A DNA stretch of 64,000 bases from Craspedostauros australis. Taxonomy: Eukaryota. Of this stretch, positions 24,891-35,215 are shown piece after piece (the first letter of the stretch is position 1; every line of letters begins with the position of its first letter). The stretch spans positions 1-64,000 of the forward strand of contig JALAGF010004754.1 in NCBI GenBank assembly GCA_030167865.1. Reading direction: 5' to 3'. The position numbers were made by a program, and so were the translations under genes. The notes under the pieces are model-generated. The model was not told the DNA's origin. It saw only the letters and a list, made by a program, of their open reading frames with translations, and made no database searches.

Positions 24891-25321
24891 GATAGCGAGC
24901 GAGTGTGATTACGCGTACGAGTATGCGCACGGTATTGCCCTGCGTCGCATCGCGCCCGTAACACGCTCGTATCGTGGAGGGGGGATGCAGCCAACAAGGC
25001 ACAATAGCACGATCAGCTCGACCTTTCATGTTGAAGGACGACGGAATAGCACAGCGCCACGCTCTGCCAACGTACTCATAAAGCATCGAGTCGAAGACTT
25101 CGAGCAAGTACGAGGCAGTCAGAGTGCTTGTACTCTGCTACCGTATACTCTATCATCTTTCACACTGGATACTCTATTTAGATACGAATCATACTCGTAC
25201 CAGCTAGCATCAGGGCAGGCCACTGCCAAATTCGCTCACATTGCTTCAATTGTACACAGAGAATAGACACCGACGATGAACAACGATGAGCAACCGCGAG
25301 GCGCAGCCTCTACCGCGCTCT

Positions 25322-28300
25322 CTACGCATCTACAACCACCAAGAACACGATCCAAAGCACGAAAACCACACCCGCCATCCACAGCTGCAACCGGCCAATC
25401 AGTTCGAAACGATGAATTGCCGTTTCAATTCGCTCGACACGACCATGAATGGAATCACCAACGATGATCTCGCCATCCTCATTGACTTGAGTGCGAAAAA
25501 TGAGGCGTGCCGGGCACAGCTTGCGCCAGTGCACCTGACGCAGACCGCGAAAGAACAGCGTGCAAATGATATTCACGAATACCGCGTTGCACAGCACGAG
25601 TAGGACGAGCTGGCAGCAATGCACAGCGTAGGTTTCCACTTCGCAGTCAGCCTTGATCGTTTCCTCGCGGATGAGAGCGGCATTGGCGCCTTTGCATGGG
25701 ATGTCGCGACATGAATCGATGTGCTTCGAACAGTCGATGCGCGGATCCGCCAAGGTTGGGACCTCCATGGGTTGCGCGCATGCGTCGTTGGATGTGTAAT
25801 GCGACAGCGGTTGGAAGGTCATGCTGGGTTCAGAATCCTTGTCGATGGGGCACGTCAGAGGGTATGACTCTTGAGGACATCGCGACGTGTCAGGGTAGCC
25901 TCGGAAGCCGCAGCAAGCGATCTGGAACAAGTCGTTGATCTCATCATGGACGCAGGCATCAAGCAACAAAAGCTGTGCTCTGGACTGGTTATGTGCCTCC
26001 GCCGCATCCTGCAACGCGGACTGATAATTCCGGAAGGAGATTTGCGCCTCAAAGGTTCCCTGGTTGCAACCGAATCGCGAGAGCTCCATACATCGCACCT
26101 CCTGTTTGGAATGCTCAATGTTCCCCCGCAGATTCGCCTCGTTGACGAGGATGGGGACGAAGAAGTCATTCGCCAAGAATGTGCCATCCATCGTGGCGCC
26201 GCAGCCATCCTGCACCACTGGATACCAGAAGTAGATTACGCACAAGCAGATCGGAAGGGCCATGAGCAGCAGCACGATCCACGGACTCGCAACGGCTCTC
26301 ATCAGCACCGCAAGGAAGAGCCGTGTCATGGTCGCCTGATCTTGGAGTTGGTCACCGATGCCAAAGTCGATCAATGGTAGGTCCGGAATTGCACCCGAAG
26401 AATAGATGCGTTCCAACCGCCACAGGCGAAACGCCTGGAACAGCACCTCCGGTATCCAGGTATGCGATGTGATGGAGCCGAACACCAACGGCACGATGTC
26501 GGGAATCACGATGCGCGGGAGGCTGGTGTGGAGGTAGGAGAACGAGGTCCCGTTGTCCTTGCGAGGGAACACTTCTGGTTGTTTGATCGTGATGGTTGGA
26601 ATGGTGATATTCGGGGAGCTGCTCACTAAGTCACCGAATCCATCCAGACCGCTCTCGATCCCGATACTTGCGTCGACTCCCACCTGCTTGTGGACTTCGA
26701 TCTCACCCAGCGGGCTGGATATGCCAGGCGTGGATCCAGAGTAGGATGGTGGGTTGTAGTCGTCCAGAGACAGGAGTGCCTTCACGGAGTCTGTCCAATT
26801 GTCTAGCACAGCATCGGCAAACAAAGATGATTGCAGTTCGACCCCGTCGATGGTGTAGCCCATGAACATCCGGAGCTGCGAGATGGCATCTTGGATGAGC
26901 TGCTGGCTGGTGGCGAGGTTGTATGAAGGGGTTGGCACCATCATCACTCGGGGTAGCAATGACGCTGAGATCGGAATGCCGGATGTGTCGAAGTATTCCG
27001 GTGCTCGAACACCTGGAGGGAGAAGATCGATGACGAATGCATGCGCATCGACCAAGCGGCCGTACATGTCTTCGTACCAAAGCTCCAGCTCGTTGATGCT
27101 GGCGAGGAAATCGTCAGCGCGTCCCGTCACGATGTTCAGCTCGATAACAGATTGGTTCATGGCCTTCTCAACGCTCTTGAGGATGTCGGCGATGCGCAGC
27201 TCCACGTGAGGGTAGGAAATGCTGGCCTCGAAGCTGGATGCCGTACTGTGCTCTCGCGCGAGGCGTAGAGCTGGGGAGATGCGTTCGGTCACGAAGTACT
27301 GGACGTCGTAGGTGGTCCGGTCCTGGGCGTAGGCCGCCACTCGATGGAGGCTGGATTCACTTGTCGCAAGGTACTCATTGAACTCGGATATGACGTCGGA
27401 CTCGGCGTCGTGCAACTCATCACCAAGCATCGCGATGGTGGCTTGCAGGTGCTCGTGGGAGCATCGCATCGACTCGTTCACGTATTTCAAGGGCATTCCG
27501 TTGTTTCTCCACTCGACGAGGCCTCGCTTGGGTTCCATGGAGTTGCGCTCGCAGTGCTCCGCCATTGCTTCGGCTCTTCGTGCAGCTTCGGCATTAGCTC
27601 TTTGCAGGTGCTGGATGCGCTGCGCCTCCTTCTGGAAGTCCACCTCTCGCTCTGCATCCAACCGATGGAACGATTGCTTCACGCACATCACGTACGCATC
27701 TGCCTCCGATTGGATGACGCTGTGCAACCGATCCAAGGGACGTTGAATTCCACGCTGTGGCACCGTCAATGGAATGACGAGGGTTGACACCCACAAGAAG
27801 AATGAGAAGCTCCAGCGGGGCACGGTGATGAGAAAGTGAAGGATGGCCATGTGGGAACGATTTTGCTTCAATTTCTGCACACTGAGGATGCTTTGCTCAC
27901 ATTCACATTCACATTGGTCACCGCCCTCACTGCTGGCGCCGCCAATGCTCCGATTTTCATGATGACGGTGATCATGGCGATGGTGATGGTGATGACGATG
28001 ACAATGACGATCCCATGCAGCATCATTATCACGCCATTTTCCGTCTGGCCCATTCATATCCGTAGTAGCAATGCTGCCACAACTTTTGTCGTCGTCGTCG
28101 TCTTCGTATCCACCGTGCAGCGTGGTTTGATTGATTTCCATGCGTATTCCGCCAATTGGCATCTGCCATTCGTCGATGAAGGAGTCCGATGGGGCGTCCG
28201 TGCCTTTGCGCTCCACTCTGGCCTTGGGTGAATTGTCGGATTGCACCATACGGATGCCTCTTTCAACCGAGCTGGTGATGCTTGCGTTGTCGCTACGATC

Positions 28301-28351
28301 GTCGTCGCTCAAGCAACCTTCCACCATCGTGAGGGAACGTCTCGACGCCAT
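25322..28351 (-). CDS. Large multipass membrane protein with coiled-coil and Cys-rich loops (uncharacterised)
   Basis: 1009-aa single ORF with about 5 hydrophobic segments, a long helical loop and a Cys-rich second loop. Confidence 0.8.
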   Translation of the reverse strand: MASRRSLTMVEGCLSDDDRSDNASITSSVERGIRMVQSDNSPKARVERKGTDAPSDSFIDEWQMPIGGIRMEINQTTLHGGYEDDDDDKSCGSIATTDMNGPDGKWRDNDAAWDRHCHRHHHHHRHDHRHHENRSIGGASSEGGDQCECECEQSILSVQKLKQNRSHMAILHFLITVPRWSFSFFLWVSTLVIPLTVPQRGIQRPLDRLHSVIQSEADAYVMCVKQSFHRLDAEREVDFQKEAQRIQHLQRANAEAARRAEAMAEHCERNSMEPKRGLVEWRNNGMPLKYVNESMRCSHEHLQATIAMLGDELHDAESDVISEFNEYLATSESSLHRVAAYAQDRTTYDVQYFVTERISPALRLAREHSTASSFEASISYPHVELRIADILKSVEKAMNQSVIELNIVTGRADDFLASINELELWYEDMYGRLVDAHAFVIDLLPPGVRAPEYFDTSGIPISASLLPRVMMVPTPSYNLATSQQLIQDAISQLRMFMGYTIDGVELQSSLFADAVLDNWTDSVKALLSLDDYNPPSYSGSTPGISSPLGEIEVHKQVGVDASIGIESGLDGFGDLVSSSPNITIPTITIKQPEVFPRKDNGTSFSYLHTSLPRIVIPDIVPLVFGSITSHTWIPEVLFQAFRLWRLERIYSSGAIPDLPLIDFGIGDQLQDQATMTRLFLAVLMRAVASPWIVLLLMALPICLCVIYFWYPVVQDGCGATMDGTFLANDFFVPILVNEANLRGNIEHSKQEVRCMELSRFGCNQGTFEAQISFRNYQSALQDAAEAHNQSRAQLLLLDACVHDEINDLFQIACCGFRGYPDTSRCPQESYPLTCPIDKDSEPSMTFQPLSHYTSNDACAQPMEVPTLADPRIDCSKHIDSCRDIPCKGANAALIREETIKADCEVETYAVHCCQLVLLVLCNAVFVNIICTLFFRGLRQVHWRKLCPARLIFRTQVNEDGEIIVGDSIHGRVERIETAIHRFELIGRLQLWMAGVVFVLWIVFLVVVDA

Positions 28352-28519
28352 ACTCGTCGTGGTTAGAGGATGCGAGAATGTGGTTTTGGGGGTGTCTGGT
28401 TGTGGTCTTGTATGCGAGGCAGCATGTGTGTGGGTACTCTCCTGACATGTTTGTTTGAAAGAAACAGGGGTTCCCTGTTTTGTGTGTGTTATTTTCTCGT
28501 CCGACTTGAAGATAACGAT

Positions 28520-28562
28520 ATGCGTTAAAACGTTATACTAACGTTATACTAACGTTATTACG
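28520..28562. promoter_or_regulatory. Tandem AACGTTAT motif array in a divergent intergenic region
   Basis: AAACGTTATACTAACGTTATACTAACGTTATTACG gives three copies with 11-bp period, between the divergent starts at 28351 (-) and 29089 (+). Confidence 0.35.
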
Positions 28563-29088
28563 CGATGGCGCCAAAAACGGGATGGCACGATGTTTTGATT
28601 CCTTTGGATCGAAGAACGGCCTGTTCTGTTCCGATTTGTGGATGTGGTGCGCCAGATTTTCAAAGTACGGATTCCTCTGCAGGGCATGGTTCGCGACCGT
28701 ACACCTTGGTAAGGATTGTACAGATGGTGTCAAGAGAGTCTTCAAACCAGATCTTTCTCACATGTTCTCGTCGATCCTTTCTTGGTGTTGGGTGTTGGGT
28801 TTGGGTAGTACACGCGGCGGTCGGCAAGTGACGAGCGTGGGCAGTACTTGTCACGTGGACGGTGTTGTTCATACTGTTGCTGTTGTTGTTGTTGTTGTTG
28901 TTGTTGTTGAGTTGGTGCCGGCAACCACACCACACCAAAGCTTCACTTCTCATTCTTGTTGTTCTCATAAAAGCGATCTTTGCCAAAAGAATCCGAAGCC
29001 ACACCGAACACACGCACTCCGCAAAACCAGCGGAAGTCAGCACCAGCACCAAGCACCAACACCACAACTCAACAAAACAACAACCAAG

Positions 29089-30137
29089 ATGCCAAGCGGA
29101 AACGGAGGTCATTCTGGCACCAACAGCCAGGGCAACGACTACAGCACGCCAGGCGGAAGCAACTCTGACACAGGCTCGAGCTACCATTGTAAGTTGCGCG
29201 TCGTGAAACGAGATGAGTGGCTGCCTGCTGCTGGTGGGCAAGAAAGCTGGCCGACAAACGGGAAAGATTGTGAAGTGGAGACCATGGCACCCGTGGTTCG
29301 TGTGTCGTTCCGTTCTCGCAGGTGTGATACACCAACCTCTCACCCCTGGCTTTGCGTTTCTTCCTTCGCACTTTCAATTCGGAACCACGCCACGCTCCCC
29401 ATGCTCCGACTCCATCCCACGTACCATGCTGACACAGACTCCAACTCGGATGGATCCTACTACTACAGCAATGACAATGGAAGGTGAGCGTGATTTTGAC
29501 AACCAGCGATCAAGGCACTGCTTGGATCGCCTTCATTCATGTTGCTGTGTGCGTGTTGCACGTCTTGCCTCGTGTGATGACCGACAGCAGCCACATCAAC
29601 GACAGCCGATGCGCTTAACCACCTCATGCTATCCGCTGCTCTCTCCTGTACTCCCACCGACGCTCAACTCCCCGCTTCGCCCGCCCCCAACTCCCACCAT
29701 GCCCTGACCAAACATGCTCCACCGCAACCACAACCACACATGATCACAACACCCCACACCGCTCCGCCCATCCAAAACGTCCTACGAACTCCGCCTGGCC
29801 CGAACCCAAACCATCCCGTTCATGCCTCGCGTTGCCACACTGCCGCCCATGCCCCATGCCCACACCCAATTACGCTGCCACTTCACCACCACCGATCCGA
29901 ATTGACGCGTGCACATGCCATGCGACTCACGAACTGATGTCGATTTGGTGTTGTATCCGCACCCACGACACCCTCCCACATCCCATGTCTGCGTACGGAC
30001 CCGAATCAAATCGAATCCATCCACCCCGCATCGCATCGCACACCCCGATCATACAATATCAACCGTCTCTCCCACGCAGTACGTACTACTCCGACCCAAG
30101 CGGCGGAGGCCACTACACCCCATCGAGTGGCAAATAG
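29089..30137 (+). CDS. 67-aa G/S/Y/N-rich micro-protein; exons 29089-29188, 29438-29483, 30080-30137
   Basis: GTAAGT...CTGAC..CAG and GTGAGC...GCAG introns give MPSGNGGHSGTNSQGNDYSTPGGSNSDTGSSYHYSNSDGSYYYSNDNGSTYYSDPSGGGHYTPSSGK* (204 nt, in frame). Confidence 0.85.
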
Positions 30138-31343
30138 CCACAGCAACCAACGATTGCCGCCCTGTCCTGTCCACATCTAAGGTTGCTGCGCCGACAACTG
30201 CCGCACCTACGTACTACACCAAACACGAACACTCTTGATTGAGGATCGCCGAATTCCGAGCGACGCCAACAGCTCCGCCATACCAGGACCAAGAACAGAA
30301 ATAGCAACACATACTGTGGTCTCACACAGAAGAGTTGAGAATGAGAAGAAGCGACAGAACCGCGGACGTCAACATGCATCGTCCCATCCAACGCCCGCGC
30401 AGAACCACAGCGCTGCCCATTCGATGGTGCCCATCCTCGGTTCGATTCCGTCCCACTCCCATACCCGTTGCACAGTCCCCGAGTTGGGCCCGGGACGACC
30501 ACCCACACTGCTTCCCTCCGTCTCTCCTCGCTGTCAAGCACGAACAGACCACCACCCACAACACAAACAACAACATCGAAAATAAATAAATATCTCATTG
30601 ATTATACCGCCAACACACGCAGAGTGCCGTTGATGAATGTTAAACAAAACGTTCAGCCGTCTCATTTGTCTACAGATAGATAATGGTCATCGACATCTGT
30701 TTCATGTTGGAGCATGTTTGTGGGGCTACAAGTGGATAAGACAGTACCTTTCGTACTTGCATAGAATCGTCTGAAGGAGGATAGATGTAGCGCTCCGCCG
30801 CCATCGCACTTGGCTTCGTTCTTCTCCGTTCAGATCGTGTTTGGAGGAAAACAAGACCACTTTCAGCACCGCCTAATTTCGATAGTCTACGTCTCTGGAA
30901 TTTGCGAAGTCGTGGATGATGTCGTCAGTGCCATCGTCATCAAGATTCGAGGATGCGCTCCGTTTCCACTCTCCGTCCACCCATCAAGGTGGGTGACGAC
31001 AACAACAACAACAAAAGCAGGCAAACAGGAAAAGCCAACAGGGAAGGTGGAGCCCGATCAACCATAGAAGGAATGCAAACAGGAACTGCCGCCATCGTCA
31101 TCATCATTGCCCTTTTTCTTTGCCTTTGGCTTTGTCTTCACCTTCACAAACTATCATACGACTACATTTGTTCGCTCACATCATCACATTGAACATCAAC
31201 ACGCTCTCTCTCTCTCTCTGCCAATCAAGAGAAGAGCAGCACGACTGCCAACAACAACAACCAAGTGCTTGAGAATCACCCCCGGCGACACACCATACGT
31301 ACTATACCACTCTCGAGTACCGTACGCAACTGCTGCACCCACC

Positions 31344-32408
31344 ATGTCATCAATGAACTCATCCATGTTGTCACAGGGTTCACCGTCGCGGGCATTGCTG
31401 ACGACACTCTGCATGTGCGTGCTGCTGACGCAACCGATCGATGCATTCTCCCCTGCCGCATGCAGCGCATTCAGGACAGTCTGCAAGAGCGCATCACACG
31501 GCCAGCAACGAGACGTCGCGCAACAGCGCACAGAGTCCACGCGACGATGGAACGCCGTGCCAGGCTGCGCGGCGTCCAGAACCGCGTTGCACGCCAGCAG
31601 CGCGACGGATATGGAAAACAGTCCCGCCGCCGAACATCACTCGGAGACGACGCAGCAGCTTGCCGACGAAGAAGAAGAAGACGAGGACGACGACGACGAC
31701 GTGGAGGAGGATGGGTTCGATTTCATGATGATGGACGAGGACCCGGACGCGGAGGAGTTTCCGTCGCCTGACAATCTGGACACGATGGAGGTGAAGGAGC
31801 TGCTGCTGGATCTGCTGCCGCGCATGAGAGGCAAGGCCGAGGAGTACGCAGCGGTGGAATCCTACGTGAACGCGCTGGAGGGGCGGTACATGCCGGTGCA
31901 GACTTTGGACTTTCTCAACATGGCCATGTCGGGGGAATGGCAATTGCTGTTCTCGACGAACCTCGCAGGCGGTCCCAAACCGACGTTCCGGCTTCGCGAG
32001 TTGGTTCAGATTGTGGAACCGAACGACCGCGATGGCGTGTGCAACAACCAGGCGACGTGGGATCTGATCGTGGACGGCCCGGACTTCGATTCCAGCGGCA
32101 CCTTTACGGCGAAATGCGCCTACGAAGTGACGCAGGGCTCCCGGCTGTCCATGGAGCTGAAGGATCATGTCCTGGAGCTGAAGACGGGCGCCCGCGTCCC
32201 GAAGGACGTGTCGGAGCTGGTGGGATTTCTGCACCGCGCCATGCCGAAGGAGATGTTCGATCCGAACGACCATTCGATGGACACGACCTACCTGGACGGC
32301 GACCTGCGCATCGTGCGAATGACGGGTGGGAACTTCGAAGGCGTCCGCGACATCTTCATTCGAAGTGGCAGCATGGAGATCAACCCGACCAACAACAGCA
32401 GCGACTGA
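31344..32408 (+). CDS. Plastid lipid-associated protein / fibrillin family
   Basis: Signal peptide ending IDA-FSP. Fibrillin motifs MSGEWQLLFST and MDTTYLDGDLRIVR. Confidence 0.85.
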   Translation: MSSMNSSMLSQGSPSRALLTTLCMCVLLTQPIDAFSPAACSAFRTVCKSASHGQQRDVAQQRTESTRRWNAVPGCAASRTALHASSATDMENSPAAEHHSETTQQLADEEEEDEDDDDDVEEDGFDFMMMDEDPDAEEFPSPDNLDTMEVKELLLDLLPRMRGKAEEYAAVESYVNALEGRYMPVQTLDFLNMAMSGEWQLLFSTNLAGGPKPTFRLRELVQIVEPNDRDGVCNNQATWDLIVDGPDFDSSGTFTAKCAYEVTQGSRLSMELKDHVLELKTGARVPKDVSELVGFLHRAMPKEMFDPNDHSMDTTYLDGDLRIVRMTGGNFEGVRDIFIRSGSMEINPTNNSSD

Positions 32409-33654
32409 AGATCTCGGCAGGCATGGCTCGTACTGTACGACTAGAGTATCCGCATTGACCACTCTCCCATCATAGTTACAACGACAAATGGTGAATACAA
32501 CGGTATTACGTATTATAGAATATGTAACAGAGTGGAGTGGAGTGGAGTGGAGTACTCTGCTCCATTTGTTCTCGAATTCTGCTGTGCAACTCTACTTCTG
32601 ATGCCATTGATGATGGTGCTGATAGGGCCATCAGGTCGCCAAACGCGGCTCCCTTGCGCAGAATCCTCTCGCAGACCACGGTCACAAGATTGAAGCGCAA
32701 AGGAATCACCAGATTCGATACGGGAATGAACATTCACCTCGTGACTCCATTTCTGCCAATCGTTGCGCACAGTACCAAAAGGTACATCCAATTCAGCCAA
32801 GTACCACGCAGCAGTACTCCAAAGGACTGGATTGGTACTGCCAAGACCGAGCTTGTCCAATGAAACTTCGCGGAAAGCGCCCGGTAGGCTGTTTGCTGAG
32901 CCCCAAGTCATCGCGGGGTACATAGCTTCGTCGGTCCAATAAGCGTTCACGAGTGTGGGTCCCTCTCCATGTCACTGTCACTCCGCCTAATTATATGTTT
33001 TCGTGAAACAGTCATTTCTGCTATCGCCGTCCAAGACCAACGACAATTAACCTCAAGAAGCTATTTCAGTCTTTCGTTTATGTCCATCGTATGTTTGGAG
33101 TTGGCTTTTGTCGGCTTTGTTCTTGTCATCGTGTCCCGCCGGTGTATTGTTTCTGTCATCCTTCCCTTGGTGTCGCTGATCTTGTCTTGGCGGTGGTATG
33201 TCCGATGTCCGTCTGTGCGTGCTTCGGTGCTTTTTCATGGTTTTGTGCCTCTTTGTGCGGAAATGTTACGTCTTGTCTGCGCTTGTCCGTGTGCCGCGGT
33301 GTGTTGGTGTGGCGGAGTTGCACCATGGCTGGATTGTGCCTTTGGGACTGACAAACACTTTTCATCATTCGACGAAGACCGAAACAAACGCGAGGAGGAC
33401 ACAAGGCGGACATCGTGAAGCTTCTCTGGCATGAGCGAAATCCGCACGAGGAACCGAACGAACAACAACTCGCAAGACACAGCACGAGCACCGGTAGCTC
33501 GCGGTACGAACAGGACACAGCGCTGTTGGCGGCACAGCAACGCGTACCATCCACCAGCGCCAAACGATAACGCCAGAACTCTACTTGCGATCCGGTCATC
33601 ATCGCCATCCCAAGGACCCTGATTCATCCACTGATCGAACATCCTCATCACCAT

Positions 33655-33732
33655 CATCGTCGCTGCCGTTGTGATCGTTGTCATCGTTGTCATCGTTGTC
33701 ATCGTTGCCATCGTTCCCATCGTCGCCGTTGT
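33655..33732. repeat. (GTCATCGTT)n 9-bp tandem repeat
   Basis: Directly visible. Confidence 0.75.
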
Positions 33733-34696
33733 TACGAGCACCATCACCGGGCAGCAACAAGAGGTTCCACACAAACCACAACAGCTGAACAACGCATTAC
33801 ACCCAACCACACCAGCGGATCAACCCTTGTGCATCCTTACTCTTGCCACAGCAACCCCCAACGCAAAGCAACCCATCACAACCCATCACAACTCAACCCA
33901 AATCAGCGCAAGAAGAGTCAACGAAAGCACCCTTCTCCACTCTGCAGCATTCCAATACCCGCACATTGGCCATCAGAGCCAACATTGAAGAGGCACTCGC
34001 GTCCTTCGCCATTTACAGAGGGACCGACTGCTCGCATCAGAGCACGAACAAAGAGGGGAAGCCACCCACCAACGGCCGGAGCAGTAACAACGACACCACA
34101 AACACAAACACAAACGCGCTACTAGTACACCACCCTACGTTTCTCTCGCATTCAACCACTCGCACTCGTAAGCCCCTCGTGTTACATTGATCGCCAGCAG
34201 CAACATCAACGCAGCACACACATCAAGATCAAGCATAGTAGTACGGCAGCCTTGCCAACAGCGGAACGACGACAACAACAGCAACAACAATTCTGGGGTC
34301 GCTCGCAAAGAACTGCCTTGGGTTGACCCACTTCGCACGCACACGCACACTTGCACGAAAGAGAAAGAGAAACAACATCCACCGATTCGGTCTTTCTCTG
34401 CTCTATTGCCACAGCAACAGCCATACTGCAACAGGTAGAGCACAGCACCAAAGCAGATTTGGCTCAAACGCGCACAATTATCCCCCGCACGCAAGTGTTC
34501 AGCCGAAAGTTGATCACGACGAAGTCACGACAGAAGCTCTTGAGCACCACCAACGAAACGGAGGACTCTTCTCCAGAGCAAACCTACTCTGCGCACATCC
34601 ACAACACATCGCAGCACAACGTAACACAACGCAACACACAAGCACCCGCCCAAAGACACATAGAGTGATCAACGGACCATCAACATCACCATCACC

Positions 34697-35215
34697 ATGA
34701 GCGACCTTGACGCCAGGCAGTCCGCCAACAATGACCTCGATGGAGGCGCGCGGGTGCCAGCATGGAAGCTGAGAGAGCAGATGAAGAAGGCCTCGCACCC
34801 CACAACGCACGTGCGCAAGACTCCGCCCTACTCGAAGCCCAAGCCCCAGGACGACATCGACCCCAGCCTCCCGCCTGCCTTCAAGGCCATGTGCAAGGCC
34901 CAGCGCAAGAAGAAGAGCGACCTCGACGACTTCAACTCCCTCGACTCCGTGCACAGCTCAAAATCCTACCAGAGCATGACCAAAACGCCGACCACCAAGA
35001 ATGATTCGGATTCCTATGGATCCGACTCCGACAGCTCCTTCGATGGCCACGACAGTTTCGCAAGTCTTGGCGGCGACGAGAGCGACGATGACGAAGCCTA
35101 CCGAGAAAGCAAGAACATGCTTGCCAAGCAGGAGCTGGAGAGCAACGCCTCCAACACCGTGAGGAACCGTCTCAAGAAGGCCGGCATGAACACGCTCGAT
35201 CTCATCGCTGAGTAG
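34697..35215 (+). CDS. Hypothetical hydrophilic S/D-rich protein (172 aa)
   Basis: ACCATG start context and strong C/G third-position bias. Confidence 0.8.
   Translation: MSDLDARQSANNDLDGGARVPAWKLREQMKKASHPTTHVRKTPPYSKPKPQDDIDPSLPPAFKAMCKAQRKKKSDLDDFNSLDSVHSSKSYQSMTKTPTTKNDSDSYGSDSDSSFDGHDSFASLGGDESDDDEAYRESKNMLAKQELESNASNTVRNRLKKAGMNTLDLIAE

Noticed and set aside
28582-29487. 301-aa ORF
   Set aside because: Chance read-through of promoter, (GTT)n repeat and intron. Only exons 1-2 of the micro-gene look real.
30420-30470. GGTTCGATTCC as a tRNA gene
   Set aside because: No acceptor stem, D-arm or anticodon arm could be folded
32513-32950. 145-aa minus-strand ORF with protein-like text
   Set aside because: No family recognised, weak codon bias, and it ends in a microsatellite; cannot be supported
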